64,000 nucleotides of DNA from the human T2T-CHM13v2.0 reference genome, Homo sapiens, in NCBI RefSeq assembly GCF_009914755.1, contig NC_060938.1. One strand, given 5' to 3'. Positions within the stretch are counted from its first letter, which is position 1; each line of letters starts with the position of its first letter. Shown piece after piece: positions 39,489 through 57,618 of this stretch. The position numbers and the translations under genes were made by a program. The notes beneath the pieces are model-generated. The model was given only the letters and a program-made list of their open reading frames with translations, was not told the origin of the DNA and made no database searches.

Positions 39489-40170
<682 letters not shown>

Positions 40171-41569
40171 CTAGCAGATCAGGAAATGAATGACATCTTG
40201 GGCTGCACTGGCAGATGTGCCAGATATGAGGGCCTTGCCTCCCTGCCCATTGTACCAGCAGCACCATACATTTGACATCCCAGAGCAGGCCAGGCACCGG
40301 AGAATCAGAGGTGGATGCTGTACCCATCCTGCCTTGAGTGACTGTTGGTTTAAGGAAGGAGATGGATCTGGGAACAAATCCTCACACCTCAGGGGGAATG
40401 AGCAGCAACAGAGCAAGCAGCTCTCTTCAGAGAACTGGAAACACAGAGGCATGACATTTGTTCTGACTTTTGAAGACAAATTAGATCAAAAGGACAATGT
40501 TGGGGGAGGGGTGAGGAGAGACTACATTAGTTCTTCAAACAAGACTATAAATGGAGATGTCTGATTTATTTTTACACCACTATTACCTAAGAGCCCCTAA
40601 AATCCCCTGTCAGAGAGAATACATACTTCTCCCCACATATTCCTGAGCAGTGGCCTTTATCTATTTGAAGGACTTTGGAGTGGGATAAGAATTAGACCTT
40701 CTCAGAGTTGATTCTGATCTGGAATCAGAATTAGTTGATGAAAGTTTTATAAAAGCATATTTTGGGCTCAAAACAAATGCTTCATAATGATTATAACTAT
40801 ATAGCCTGCTTTCTATATAGTTATAATCATTAGGAAGCATTTGTTTTCTCTCTTTAGCTTCTGTCTGAAGGATGCTTCATTCGTCTTCTGGATGAGGACA
40901 GACACCTATCAGGAGAGCATTCAGACAGCTAAACCATCATCCATGAGAGAGGCAGAAGCGGGGGTTCCCCCTCATCCAGGCTCCAAGTCAACTTTCAAAT
41001 TACTCAAAGGTTTCCTAATTCTGTTTTGAAGAGGGGACCACTCATTTGGATTGCTCATTTCCAACGTGCTTATTAAACAATAATCTCCATAGAGCCCACA
41101 GGTCACCAGAACAAGAAAAGCCTGGCAAAGAGGACTGTTTATAAAAGGATCTCATATGCCAAACCATCCATTTGTTGTTTGGACCAATGGTCAAAGGATT
41201 GGAATTCTTTGCTCTGGGACTCTGGGCGTGGAGTTAAGAGGGTTGCTGTCAAAAAATATAAAATTAAAATTAAAAGCTTATTTTTATGTGATTAATGATA
41301 AAGAGAGGCACTTTCTTTCTTCAAAACTTCTTAACTTCCCATGTGGTTTCCATGGTGATCTGAGCTGGTGCCTGACTCCCGCTAGGAGAGCCCAGGCTCC
41401 CTGCTGCAGTGACGTTGAGTTTCCAGGCTTGGCTGACACTCTCGGCTTCTCTTCAGCGACCTGGGAGCCCTGTCTGCCAGTGGAGGCTGTGTCTTACTTT
41501 AGTCCAAATAATAAAAGGAGAGAATCCAACCCTGCCCTTTTGTCTTTTAAATAACTTTTAAAATAGCTT

Positions 41570-42420
41570 TTTAGAAATGCTACATGACACATCGTAAACA
41601 CAAGTACTTATACATACACAAATACAGGACAGTGCAAATAATGTAAAATCACCTGAAATTCCATTCAAAGAGGACCACTGTTAGGATTTTGAACACGCTT
41701 ATTTATGTGTGCATGCTCATACATGCACTGCTTTCTACATCAAATGGGATCATACTGTATTTGATCTTTTGAAACCATATTACTCAACATTGCTATGGTC
41801 ATTAATCTTTAGCAATAAACATAATAAAATTAATATTCATTGAAAGTTAAAAAGAAAATATTGTATTACTTCATTTAATTCTCATAATACTCCAGCCAAA
41901 TAAGTTACTATCTGTTATGATTATGCCTATTTTACTGCTACTATCTCTGGTTTACAAATAGCAAAAGTGATGCATTAAGAGATTAATTACCAAGATCACA
42001 CAGCTACCAAGTGGTGGAATCAACTGCACTCTGCTTCCAAAGTTTATGTACTTAATTGACCCATGATACCGTCTCTGAGCAACGCTACTCTTCTTCAAAG
42101 GCAGTATAATATTTTGTGGTGTACATGTGCTATAATTTATTTACTCAGTCCCTTTTGGATGAGCAATTAGATTGTTTGCAAAACTTTGCAACTACAATCA
42201 ATATTCTCATAGACATGCTTGCATATACCTCCCCTCAACCTCATGGGGTTATCTCCTTCCTTAGCAGACACTCCTTGTAGTGGGATTATTCAATCAGATG
42301 GTTTTCTCTGCCCTTTACAAAGGTTTACAAAGGTTGTCTGACTTTACAGTGGTATGAAAGTGCCTCATCTCCCGCATCTTGGACAATACCAGATTTGTCG
42401 TTGCCAATTTCAGTTGCAGT
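41570..42420 (-). mobile_element. Ancient L1M(E) 3' region with a MIR inserted at ~41860-42070
   Basis: aaatgggatcatactgtat; tataatttatttactcagtccc...gattgtttgc. Confidence 0.55.
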
Positions 42421-42459
42421 TCTTGCACTATGTACATGCTAGTGTGCACAGTTATGGGA

Positions 42460-42940
42460 AGTAGAGTAAATTAGCTCCTTCAGCACCTGTCCTAACCTCC
42501 TATTTCAGAAGAGGTAAAACCCACATGTTCCAGACTCCCTTGCAGCTAACATTTCAAATGTGATGTCATTCCACCACTTGGACATGATGGCAGGAGCCTT
42601 GAGAGAGTCAGTCCATGAGGCACATATGTTATTCACTTTTGCTGCTGTGGAGTCAGAGGGCTTGGTGTGGCCCATGATCCAACAGTTCTGGCCACAGCTT
42701 CCTGATCTGTGGCTTACAGCTATGGCCCTGTGACCCAATGACCAGCAGAAGAGATCACAGCCTCTTCAGCAGCCTCCTGGGTGAACCAGAGCAGCAGTTG
42801 GCTTGGCAAGCCAGTTTGAAAATTTTCTCCTTTGGCCCTTACAATGATTTAATAATCACGTAATTCTGTACATTAAATTCTTTCCTGCATAAAGAACCAG
42901 AGTGGTTTCCATAATCCACAACCAAACCCTGAACACTAAA
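42460..42940 (+). mobile_element. Old ERVL-type LTR (LTR33/LTR40-like)
   Basis: ttccagactcccttgcagcta; 3' end attaaattctttcctgc...agagtggtttcc...aaccctga. Confidence 0.5.
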
Positions 42941-43650
42941 TGTTAAACCATGCTAAACATATCTTATGAATATTTTCCAGGTTTGTCATTTGTCTATCAA
43001 TACTGTTTTCACTGCTTCTCTGCCACTTAAGTAATTGTTTGTGGTAATATTTTGAAACTCTTTATGGTTCCTGGTTATAGCATTCCTGAAAAAAGTTGTC
43101 ATTCCCAAGTTTACAAAAGCACTGTTTTCTCTTATTACTATTATTACTTACTAATTGCAATCTGCATGTGCTAGAGAATAAGACAACTGCCATAATCAAC
43201 AGTCCCACTTATTATTTATTTATTTATTTAAACTTTTAAGTTCAGTGTTACATGTGCAGGTTTGTTACATAGATAAACGTGTGTCACGGGGGTTTGTTGT
43301 ACAGATTATTTCATCATCCAGGTATTAAACCTAGTATCTGTTAGTTATTTTTCCTGATCCACTTCCTCCTCCCTCCTCTACCCTCAGGTAGGCCCCAGTG
43401 TTTATTGTTCCCCACTAGGTGTCCCTGTATTCTCATCATTTACCTCCCCCTTATAAATGAAAACGTGGTATTTGGTTTTCTGTCCCTGCATTAGATTGCT
43501 AAGAATAATGGTCTCCAGCTTCATTCATGTTCCTGCAAAGAACATGATATTGTCCTTTTCATGGCTGCATAGTATTCTGTGGTGTATAGGTACCACAATT
43601 TTTAATCCAGTCTACCATTGATGGGCATTTAGGTTAATTCCATGTCTTTG

Positions 43651-47254
<3,604 letters not shown>

Positions 47255-47319
47255 TGCATTGATAGCTGGCTATTATGCTGGCTTGTGTGGTTGCTTTATA
47301 GTGTCACTGGTCTGTGTAT

Positions 47320-48330
47320 TTAAGTGTGTTTTTATAGTGACTGATAATAGTATTTCTATATTTAGTGCTTCCATCAAGAGCTCTTATAAGGCAGGTCTGG
47401 TGGTAATGAATTCCCTCAGTATTTGCTTGTATGAAAAGGATCTTATTTATCCTTTGCATATGAGTCTTAGTTTGGCTGGATATTAAATTATTGGTTGGAA
47501 TTTCATTTCTTTAAGAATGCTGAATATTGGCCCCCAGTCTCTTCCAGCTTGTATGGTTTCTCCTGACAGGTCCACTGTTAGTCTGATGGGCTTTGCTTTA
47601 TAGGTGAGCTGACTTTTCTCTCGAGCTGCCTTTAATGTTTTTCTTTCATTTTGACCTTGAAGGATCTGATGATTATGTGACTTGAGGATGATCTTGTTGT
47701 GAAGTATCTTACTGGGGTTCTCTGAATTTCCTGAATTTGAATGTTGGCCTCTCTAGCTAGGTTGGGGAAATTCTCACGGATGATACGCTGAAATACATTT
47801 TCCAAGTTTCTTACATTCTCCCCATCTCTTTCAGTGACTCCAGTGAGTCATAGATTTGGTGTCTTTACATAATTCCACGTTTCTCAGAGGTTTTGTTCAT
47901 TCCTTTTCATTCTTTTTTCTCTATTCTTGTCTGATTATCTTATTTCAGAAAGCCAGTATTCAAGCTCTGAGATTCTTTCCTCAACTTGGTCTATTCTGCT
48001 ATTAATACTTGTGATTGCATTATGAAATTCTTGTAGTGTGTTTTTCAGCTCCATCAGGTCAGTTACATCCTTTACTATAGTGACTATTTTGTCTGTCAGC
48101 CCCTGTATCATTTTGTTGTGATTCTTAGTTTTGGTGGATTGGATTTCAGTGTACTCCTGCATCTGGATGCTTTTCATTCTTATACGTATTCTGAATTCTA
48201 TTTCTGTCATTTCAACCATCTCAGCTCAGTTCAGAACCCTTCCTGGAGAACTAGCACAGTTTTTTGGAGGAAAGAAGATACTCTGGCTTTTTGAATTGTC
48301 AGAGTCCTTGCACTGGTTCTTTCTCATCGT
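47320..48330 (-). pseudogene. L1 ORF1p relic
   Basis: LMELKNTLQEFHNAITSINSRIDQVEERISELE coiled-coil segment (47935-48219). Confidence 0.88.
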
Positions 48331-49978
48331 TGTGGGCTGATGTTGCTTCCATTTTTGAAGTTGCTGTCCTTTCAATGGGTTTATTTTTTCTTTTATCCTA
48401 TTTGATGACCTTGAGGGTTTGATTGTGGTATAGGTGGGTTCAGTTGACTGGCTTCATTTCTGGAATATTTTAGGGAGCCAAGGCTCAGCTCATAACTCCT
48501 GTACTGCACTCTCTAACTCTGGGAAACCAATAATGGGCTTCAACTTTGTTCTCTGGCTCCTGGAGGTTAGGACCCTACCGCACTTGTGTGTGTTGGGGGG
48601 TAGGGGGAGGTGCTGAAGCGCTCCCTGACTGCTGGTCCCAGCCCTCTGATGGATGATGCCAGCCAAAGCTTTTCCTAGGACGGTAGCAGCCACATCCATC
48701 CTCGTTTGCATGTGCCAGTAGCAGGCAGCAGCAGCCCAGCAGAGCACACGCTCATGGACTGCAACAGGGTGCTAGCAGGTGCCAGGGTGCCAGCCTCTAT
48801 GTAGGCATTCACAGCAGCGATGGAGACAGCACGACTCCGGGGATGGGGTCCCTGCGGGTGACTGTGCACACAGTTGCACTGGTGGTGGTGGTAGCACGGG
48901 GCTGGGGCGCTGGCGGGGCGCAAGACAGTGGGTGCCCTGTATGTTCACGCAGGTGAAGGCGGCCGCACAGGGCAGGAGAGGGTCTGCTGTTATCCATCCC
49001 TAGTTTCACTCCGAGGGCAGTGTTGGTGCAGGGATGAGGCGCTGGCAGAGGCGGGGCTGGAGGGTTGTGTGCCTGCCAAGGCTCAGAGGGCAATGGAGGT
49101 ACAGCGGGAGAAAGGAGGCGGGGATGGGGGAGCGGAGGCACTCACTCTGGCAGCAGTGACAGGGCAGGGTGCACTCAAACACGCACACTGGTGGGGTAGG
49201 GAGGGAAGGTAAGATCCGCCGGGGCACACGAGCGCCAGCAAAGAGGTGTGGCGGGTGGTCCTGGGCTGGGTGAGCTGCAGTGGAGGAAGGAGCAGGCGGG
49301 CTGATGCTGGTCCCAGGGGCCGCCCTGCTGGAGGTCTCGTCAGGCGCTGTCTGCCAGTGCAGGTGCTGAGATTCAGGCCCCCAGGGCACCTGAGGCTGCA
49401 CTGCAAGCAGACGCAGCCAGGCTGGGGCCCCCGGGAGAAGCCAGCAGACCAAGGGTTGCTCAGGTCGGAGCAGCCCCATCTGATGGGCAACACTGCCCTG
49501 CAGAGTTCAGGTCCCACAGTTCCCCTAGAGCTAAAGTCAACTATGGGAACAAGTGGAGCCTAGGCGATGGGCATCAGCTTGCTGTGCTCTACTACAGAGG
49601 CTTCCATACCAAACCCTCTGGGCTCTTCACTGGCTGGAGTGCTGCCCCTACCACTTCTCTGAGTAGCTCTCCTTGCCAACTCAAGTGTCCGTGGCAATCG
49701 AGAGGTCTCTTCATGCTAGGATTCCAGAAGCCTGTGGCAAGGGTAAGTTGCTCCTTACCAGTTCAACTCACCCATTCTCCCTGAGTCATCGAGGGCCAGG
49801 AACCAGTCCCTCCCCTTGTGCAGTAGACCCAAGCAGGGTTCCCAGCTCCCTCCCGCTTCAGCCGGTTTCTGTGTCTTCTCTGGATCCACTCTCAGTGCCT
49901 TCCCTCTGAAGATGTTAGGAGCGCACCAGTCTTCCAGTTCCCTTTGTGGCAGCTGTTCCACCTGGCTCCATCTAGCCA

Positions 49979-49987
49979 GCCATCTTG
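49979..49987 (-). promoter_or_regulatory. L1 5' YY1 site
   Basis: CAAGATGGC ~15 nt from the L1 5' G-run, the canonical position. Confidence 0.7.
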
Positions 49988-50056
49988 CCTCAGGAGCCCC
50001 CTGATTGATTTTTAAGTGCCTTCTATATTCACTTAAGTTGGGACTTTATTCTATGC

Positions 50057-50205
50057 TAGGGATTGGCAAACTTTTTCTGTAAAGGACCAGAGTGTAAATA
50101 TTTTTGGTTTTGCCAGCCATATGATCTCTGTCACAACTACTTAACTCTGCTGTTGCAACAAGAAAATCGCCATAGATCATATATAAATGTTGACTGTGGC
50201 TGTAC
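50057..50205 (+). mobile_element. MER58A (partial)
   Basis: agggattggcaaactttttctgtaaaggaccagagtgtaaatattttt. Confidence 0.8.
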
Positions 50206-50279
50206 CTCTTTGGGCTTTAGTTTCTCCTCTGCTAGCCTTAGTCTGTTGACACCTGTTCTATACCCTCCATTTTTGGTTT

Positions 50280-51550
50280 ATTCCTGGGCCATTTCCATGC
50301 TCACTGCATTACCACAACTTTTAAGTCCTTTCTCATTATACTTCTTTATAGAATTTTTCTGGCTATTCTTTAGTATCTATTCATCTAGAAGAACTTTAAA
50401 ATCATTTTTTAAGAACATCTTGTTGGAATTATAATTGCAGTATAATTTAATCCATAAGTAAATTTAGAGAAAATGCCATCCTTTCAAAATTATCATCGGA
50501 TCTTCATTTATTGAAGTATCCTATCATCATTAATTTTCTTCCTAGAGGGGCAGTGTAGGCAGACTCAAATCCGAGCTCTGCCACTTCTGAGTAGTGTGAG
50601 TTTGGGCAAGTTACTTCTCTGTGCTATTTTCTCATCAGTAAATGGGAATAATAGTATCTCTCTTGCAGGGTTTGGGGAGGATTAAACGATTTGCAGGGCA
50701 CATGGAAAGCACTGTTCACTTGGTGCTCTAAGTCTCTTGTTACATATGGTAGATAATAGTGGTTATTGCTGTGAGTATCCTCTTCTCTTTCTAACTTTAA
50801 AAAATGGTTCTAGTGCTTCACCATTAGGCACAATGGAAATAACTCATGGAAATTACCCAAATATGATGTGTTACTATTTTACTGCTTATCTAGTATATGT
50901 ATTGACTTTTATCAAATGCCTTTGCCACACGTGTTGTAATCAACACTTTCTTCCCTCTTTTAGCCATCAACATGGAGAATTCCACAAGCAGATTTCCACG
51001 ACTGATCCATCTTTGATTTGTTAAAATGAACCTCACTTGGCTGTGGTGCTATCCTTTTATTCATTGCTAGGTTGTTTTTGCTTGTACTTTATTTGGGATT
51101 TTCATATCAATATTCTCATAAAAGATTACATTGCATAGCTAAATTGTTTTTAAGTGCCACTCTCACTCATCTTTTATACTAATGTTATGCTTGCTTCATA
51201 AAGATAATTCAGAAGGTTCACTTTCTCTGTTCTGAAATACTTTTAAACTGCCTAAGAGCCATCTGATCCTTAATAATTTAAAATTATCCAACTGGAAACT
51301 GTTTGTGCCTGATTTTTTATGATAACTGGCTCAATTTCTTCTGCAATAATTGGTCAGATTCATTTTTTCAGTTCTTTTTGAGACCTTTTTTTATTAAAGC
51401 CTTTTTAAAGAAAAGCGTTCATTTATCCTAATTTTTCTATTTCTTGACAGATTATCTGCGTTTGGATCTACTGGTTACAGAAAATCTATAAAACTTTTCT
51501 AGTTCATACTTGTTTCATTTTTATTATTTCTTTCCTTGTTTATTCATTGA
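50280..51550 (-). mobile_element. Highly decayed L1M ORF2 region with an internal MIR (~50550-50730)
   Basis: T-rich decayed L1 antisense (ttgttggaattataattgc; ttcaccattagg; cacttggctgtggtg); MIR core ttgggcaagttacttctctgtg. Confidence 0.5.
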
Positions 51551-51794
51551 TTTTTAATTAAAAAGACAAATAATTATTGTATACATCTCACTCTGTGCTC
51601 ATCATAGAAACTTTACCTTACCTGTCCTCCTGACTTCAATCTAATGCACAGCCTTTAATGGTAATTAGAAATGCCATCGAGCAGAAGCAAAAGCCCTAAT
51701 GCTTGATGATACAAGATACAGAACAGGAGAAAAAGGCAAATAAAAATCATGGTTTTGGGACAGGGGGCTTGTTAGGCTACAAGAATGGCACCCA

Positions 51795-51965
51795 ACTCTG
51801 ACTACACAATTAGATTCACCTGGGGTGCTTCTAAAATAAATTATGAATGCCTTGACCCCTCACCAAACTAATCAACTCAGACTCTTTGGCAGAACCCAGG
51901 AATCAAGATTTTAAGCCTCCTCAGATTATTCTAACATACATCCAGAGTTGAGAAGAACTAGGTTC
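51795..51965. mobile_element. MER5-type MITE
   Basis: ttagattcacctggggtgcttctaaaa...gattattctaacatacatccagagttgagaa. Confidence 0.65.
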
Positions 51966-52934
51966 TGGAAATACAACAGGACGGGTAAAAACAAAGCCTT
52001 CAGAGGAATATGGCCACGTGGTCTCCACCCACACCCACCATTCAAAGACAAGGGCCCTAAGCTATGCCTGACCCACAGGCCTGCTTTGGGGATTCTATTC
52101 CAGACACAAGGAATTGGATCTCTCTGTAGGGGTCTAAGATACAAGATCACACCATCATCACCTCCAAAGACAGGCTTATGACATTAGAAATACCTTAGGA
52201 ACAACAACAGCAAATAACAAAAACATGTGCACAGAAATAGACAAGCTCTCTCCCAGTAGACATAGAAAAGCAAGGTCAGGGCCCAGAAGCCACAGAAAGG
52301 AAATCCCTGCAGCTCTCTGCTCTCTGTTCTACACAGTCACCATTTCCTTTAAAAAAAAAACACTTAGAACCATGGAAATAAATCCTGGGATCCTGGGAGT
52401 AAGGTTCAATGTCTCTCATCCATGATCTAGATTTGATAACACTTCAGGACAGCATTTTCAAATTTAATGCATGGCTCAAAAGAAAGTCTCTCAAACAAGA
52501 TAGGGTGAAAACTTTATTGAATAATGCTTCTCCACTCAACCCTATCCCATCTCCCCAAAATACTTAAGAATCTTTCACTAACCTAGCAGGTCAGCCTTTT
52601 CCTATCTTTTTCTTCCATTTTTTGTTAAGCTAATTAACATATCTTTGGTGCTAGATAACACATCAACTAGTCGGGCTTTTTACATTCTTCATAATTAATC
52701 TAAGAGTAGTTTTATTTATTTCATATGATAATCAACCCCAAAACCTCCAGCTTCCCTAGTAATTTAGGATGGAGTCAGACAGACTAGCCCAAGTCCCAAC
52801 ACTCACTAGATTTTTATCTATGGGCACGTTTTCCAATTTTAGTTTCAAATATTATCTACCTCATAGGGTTGTTACAAGGATGAAATGACTCATGAAGAGT
52901 GCTTAACACCATGTCTGCCACCTCATAAACACTA

Positions 52935-53065
52935 CATCTACTCAACCAACAGCTATTTATTTGTTGGATTATGTCTTGTGCATCAAGGGGTATGTTAGGC
53001 ACTACAGATACAGTGGCGTGTGAAATCAAACTTGATCCCTGCTTTCATGGAGCTTATAAACTAAT
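52935..53065 (-). mobile_element. L2 3' end
   Basis: ctcaaccaacagctatttatt...ccctgctttcatggagcttata. Confidence 0.6.
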
Positions 53066-53339
53066 TCTCAATAAATTCCCACTGTTATTATTTCAAGATG
53101 CTAAGAATGGGAACAATCCATTCACTGCTAAAACTACATAGTTTAAGTGGTACAGCAAGAATTCGCAAACTTTTACTTGAGCATGCTAATTCCCAAATGG
53201 CAGGTATTTGTACAGTGAAGTTTCATAGGCAGAAACCATGCAGCACTGAAGGGCTGGATAACTTTAATTAAACTTGAAATAACAGGGCCTACGAGTGTGT
53301 AGATGCAGCCTAAGAAGACCATCTTTCTGCTCTCAGGAA

Positions 53340-53470
53340 GTCTTCCCAGGGCATTCCATTTCCCCTTCAGCCACTTTACCTCTCTGGGCTTTAGTTTCTC
53401 CTCTGCAAAATGAAGTAGCTGTGCCCAATTAGTTCTAAGATCTCTGCCAGCTCTCACACTTCTCAATAAT
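53340..53470 (+). mobile_element. MIR
   Basis: cctctctgggctttagtttctcctctgcaaaatgaag. Confidence 0.7.
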
Positions 53471-53613
53471 TTAAATTCTGTGGTTTTTGTTTGTTCCCTA
53501 AAAGCAATAATGATTCAGGTCTGCCAGCTTTAGTATATTAATATTGACAACAACTAGGCAAAATGCTTGTCCACTGATTGAGATTTTAAATAACATTAAC
53601 AAAAATAGCACCC

Positions 53614-53830
53614 TATGGCAGAGGCTGCTAGTTGCCTACCCCAACATCCATTTTCCTCTCCCTCCTTAGTAACTGGGCCCCAGTTTTATTTGAAGTGTTA
53701 ATGTGCCCAGCTGAAAAGTCATATTTCTCAGCCTCCAATGTGACTTTCTGGCTAGAATTCTACTAAGTTGTGGTCAATGACATATAAATTGGTCTTTCCC
53801 AGCAAGTCTCCTTAAATGGGAAGGGTCAAG
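53614..53830 (+). mobile_element. MLT1J/K-type LTR 5' part
   Basis: tatggcagaggctgctagttgcctaccccaacatccattttcc. Confidence 0.6.
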
Positions 53831-54316
53831 TCCTTTTCCCCTAATGAGCAGCAATTTCAAAAAGAAATATGTTGAAGGTAAAATGCTACGGAAACATGCA
53901 AAAGAGAAATGTTCAAAAGTCAGTATTTGTTTTAAAAATTTAGTTAAATATCACTATAACCTGGCAAGCCATAAACATCTTCTTTAGACAACTAAATTAA
54001 TGGATCTTTACACCTTTTACACTGCTAGGGAAAAAATATCATCACAGTTAGACTAATTGTAAGTTTTTTATTCAACATTCATTCAACAAATACTTATGAT
54101 CATTGAAGATTTCCCAAGCATTCTTCTACCTTCTACAAAAACAGCCAAAAATTCCTGTGCTTTAAGATAGTTATATTTTTATCATAAAATGTAATGCAGT
54201 GCTCCAAATAGATTTTACCTTTCATTTAAGAATTTCGAGATGAATCTGTAGTAGTCAGAGTTCTAGGATGAAGGCATCTGTAGTAGTCAGGGTTTGCCAG
54301 AGAAAACAGAACCAAC

Positions 54317-54320
<4 letters not shown>

Positions 54321-54372
<52 letters not shown>
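54321..54372. repeat. (TG)26 microsatellite followed by (AG)n
   Basis: Direct reading; perfect repeat. Confidence 0.97.
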
Positions 54373-54377
<5 letters not shown>

Positions 54378-54427
54378 AGAGAGAGATTTACTTTAAGAAA
54401 TTGGCTCATAGAATTGTAGAGGCGTAG

Positions 54428-54789
54428 TGATATGGTTTGGCTGTGTCCCCACCGAGATCTCATCTTGAACTGTAGCTCCCATAATTCCCACATCGTGGGA
54501 GGGATCCAGTGGAAGGTAGTAGAATCATGGGGGTGGGTATTTCCCATGCTGTTCTCATGATAGTGAATAAGTCTCATGAGATCTGACGGTTTCATAAATA
54601 GGAGTTCCCCTGCACACACTCTCTTCCCTGCCGCCATGTAAGACATGACCTTGCTTCACCTTTGCCTTCTGCCATGATTGTGAGGCCTTTCCAGCCACGT
54701 GGAACTGTGAGTCAATTAAACCTCTTTCCTTTATAAATTACCTGGTCTCGGGTATGTCTTTATTAGCAGCATAAAAACAGACTAATGCA
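54428..54789 (+). mobile_element. THE1 (C-like) solo LTR
   Basis: tgatatggtttggctgtgtccccacc...aacagactaatgca; TSD cgtag/tgtag. Confidence 0.92.
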
Positions 54790-55197
54790 TGTAGCAAATC
54801 CAAAATCTACAGGGTAGGCCAGCAGGCTGGACACCGAATTTCAGTCCAAGTCCAAAAACTGCTTGCAGAATTCCTCCATAGAGAGGTCAGTCTTTTTCTA
54901 TTAAAGCCTCCAACTGATTGGAGGAGGTCCACCCACAATATGAAGAGTAATCTGCTTTACCCAAAGTCTACTGATTTAAATATTCATCTTAAAAAGACCC
55001 CTTCACAGAAACATCTAAAATGATATTTGTCCAAATATCTGAGTACTGTGGCTTAGGCAAGTTGACACAAGATTAACCATCGCATCATCTTAGTTTTATT
55101 TGCAAACCTTAATTATTTGCAAAGATAATCACAAGCTATGTAAGAGGAAAGACACTTCCTGAAGGTCTGTGGCCTGGACCTACAAGAGGGAAAGAAG

Positions 55198-55644
55198 ACT
55201 CTCAGTCACTTTTGTGTTACTATAAAGGAATATGTGAGGCTGGATAATTTAGAAAGAAAAGAGATTTGGCCCATGGTTCTGCAGGCTGTACAAGAATCAT
55301 GGCACAGTCATCTGCTCTGCTTCTAGTAAGGGCTTTTATGATGTGTGAAAAGACGGTGGAGAAGGTCCAAGGGGAAGTGGGAACATGTGAACAGAGACCA
55401 AACCTGAGGGGCATCCTGACTTTATAAAAACCCAAATGAATCCATTTCTTGGGAACCAATCAGTCTCACATGAGCAAGAACTCACTCACTACTGCAAGAA
55501 CAGCACCAAGCCATTCCTGATGGATCCCCTACTTATGACCCAAATACCTCCCACTAGGCCTCACCTCCTAACACCGCCACACTTGTGGTCAAATTTCAAC
55601 ATGAGCTTTGGTGAAGACAAATAAACCATACCCAAACTATAGCA
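55198..55644 (-). mobile_element. MSTB-type MaLR solo LTR
   Basis: ctataaaggaata...ggttctgcaggctgtacaagaa...acctcccactaggcc...caaactatagca. Confidence 0.82.
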
Positions 55645-56870
55645 GGGGCTTCACCTGAGAAAGTGACCTTCAACTCACTCAGTCTTGCAGTAAATTTTCA
55701 AATTATTCTGGGATTGTTACTAGCTCCACCTAAGGAGTAGTCAAGCATATACCTAGTCTCCAGAGTCATTAGAAACAGGCAGGTGAGGAGAGACACCTTG
55801 ACACCTTCCATTTGCAAAATTCCTGATCGTATTCCCACCACTATCAGAGAGTATCATAAGTAGCTAAGAACCCTTGTGAGCCTTCAGGGCCAGAAATTGT
55901 CCAATGCTACCTAGGGGGATGCCACTGGGATCCCCACACTGAAGTCCCATCTGTGCATCAGTAAGTTATTATTTACCTACATTAAAGGAACTTGTATCCT
56001 CTCCGTGTGTCTAGTAGGGTCTCTGAGTGGCAGACAGCCTGTTTATCAAATATAGTAGTAAATGCATTGTAATGAAATCAGAAATGCCAAAGCCTATGCT
56101 GATTTCCAAAGGACAAGGGACCACCTCACATATAAAATCTTTAATATGGTCTTAAATACTACCCACATCCTGTTAAATATATACCACACAATGCAAAAAC
56201 ATTACTCAGTGCAATCTGTTAAACAGATGCAGAAAGTAATAAACTGTCTCTTCAATATAATTTTCAAGTCACTTAATTCTATATTTTTCTCCCCTAGTGA
56301 ATGTGAAAACTATAAATAACCTGGTGGAACAAAATCACTTCAAATATCTTGTCCAACAATCACTCACAATCCCTCAAAGTGTTTGCATTTTTCCTAGTTG
56401 AATAGCAATTATCAATTTTATGGAGCATCAAGTTCAGTTTTATTGGAGAAGGAAGGAGATGGAGGAGGTGACAGAGGAGGAGGAGTGGGAGGAAGAGTGG
56501 GAGGAAACACTTCAGAACAATTTCAAATTATCTATGGACTTAAACAGAAGAGCTGTTTTCAGTATAATATGATCAAACTATAATACTCCTGACCAAGAAA
56601 GCCAGGCTTTCTTTCAAGTGAATGTAAAATACTAACAAAACAGAAGAAAAATCAAGTATAAGGAAGAAATCTACCTATGAGCAAAGACTGTAGAACACCA
56701 TGATTTCTAAATCATGCCTTCGTGATTTGGAGTGGTGTAAATCACATCACAATGCTTCGACCCCCCGGCCCCCATAGTTTAAAATAATACCAATAGACCT
56801 GTGAGGATAATAAAAGATGGTCCTTTTTAAGCAGGTTACATGTATAGAGGAATGGAATCTGCCATAAAGC

Positions 56871-56904
<34 letters not shown>

Positions 56905-56942
56905 ATATATATATATATATATAATATATATATATATATAAT
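56871..56942. repeat. Interrupted (TA)n microsatellite
   Basis: Direct reading. Confidence 0.95.
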
Positions 56943-57154
56943 GAAGTTAAATCCATTTGCAAAATAATTTCATTTGATGAAGCCATTTGACCAAGGTGTA
57001 AACATACAAGGCACTGTCTGGTCATCTTTCATTGTGGGAAACAATAGGCAGCAAATCTTATTAAGAAAAAAAAAACCTCTTCTGGTAAGCAACTCTAGCC
57101 TAGTTAAATATTTGAATTAAATTTGAAAAATACAAATGTTTAAATCAGCATTAG

Positions 57155-57315
57155 AGAGTAAGAGCTGGAAGGTGTCTCAGTGATTATCCAGCCTAATTTC
57201 TTTGTTTTACAGAAAGAGCAGCTTCAGTGATTCGACCAAAGTCAGATAAATAGGCAGCAGGTCTGGCATTCAACCTAGATCTTAGGACTCAAGTTCAGTG
57301 CTTTTACCATAGTGC
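57155..57315 (-). mobile_element. MIR
   Basis: agagctggaagg...tccagcctaat...ttttacaga...ccaaagtca. Confidence 0.6.
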
Positions 57316-57618
57316 TTTTCCAGGTGTTGCTGTTGGTGTGTAAAGTAACTTTGGCCACTTACAAAGTGATTTCACTTAGAGGCTCTGATGAGTCTACTTA
57401 ATTAATACAATTCACGGTTACTGGTAGCCATCTACCAGTACAGCCTGTCTAATCAAACATCAAGTCCTTGATGATCACCTATTAATATGTGTGCAGCAAC
57501 ACAGGGAATGTAGAAGTATACGACATTCTTTATATCCAAATACTTCAAAGCTACTTGAGATTAAGCTAACAGCTGAAACAGGGTCTAAAGCACGATGATG
57601 AATATGTGGTGCAAATCA

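Larger units (their letters stand above)
54279..55084 (-). mobile_element. MLT2D-like LTR split by a THE1
   Basis: tgtagtagtcagggtttgccagagaaaacagaaccaacagg...caagttgacacaagattaaccatcgca. Confidence 0.88.

Noticed and set aside
48434-50004. Many overlapping ORFs on both strands
   Set aside because: Expected in a GC-rich, stop-poor L1 5' UTR
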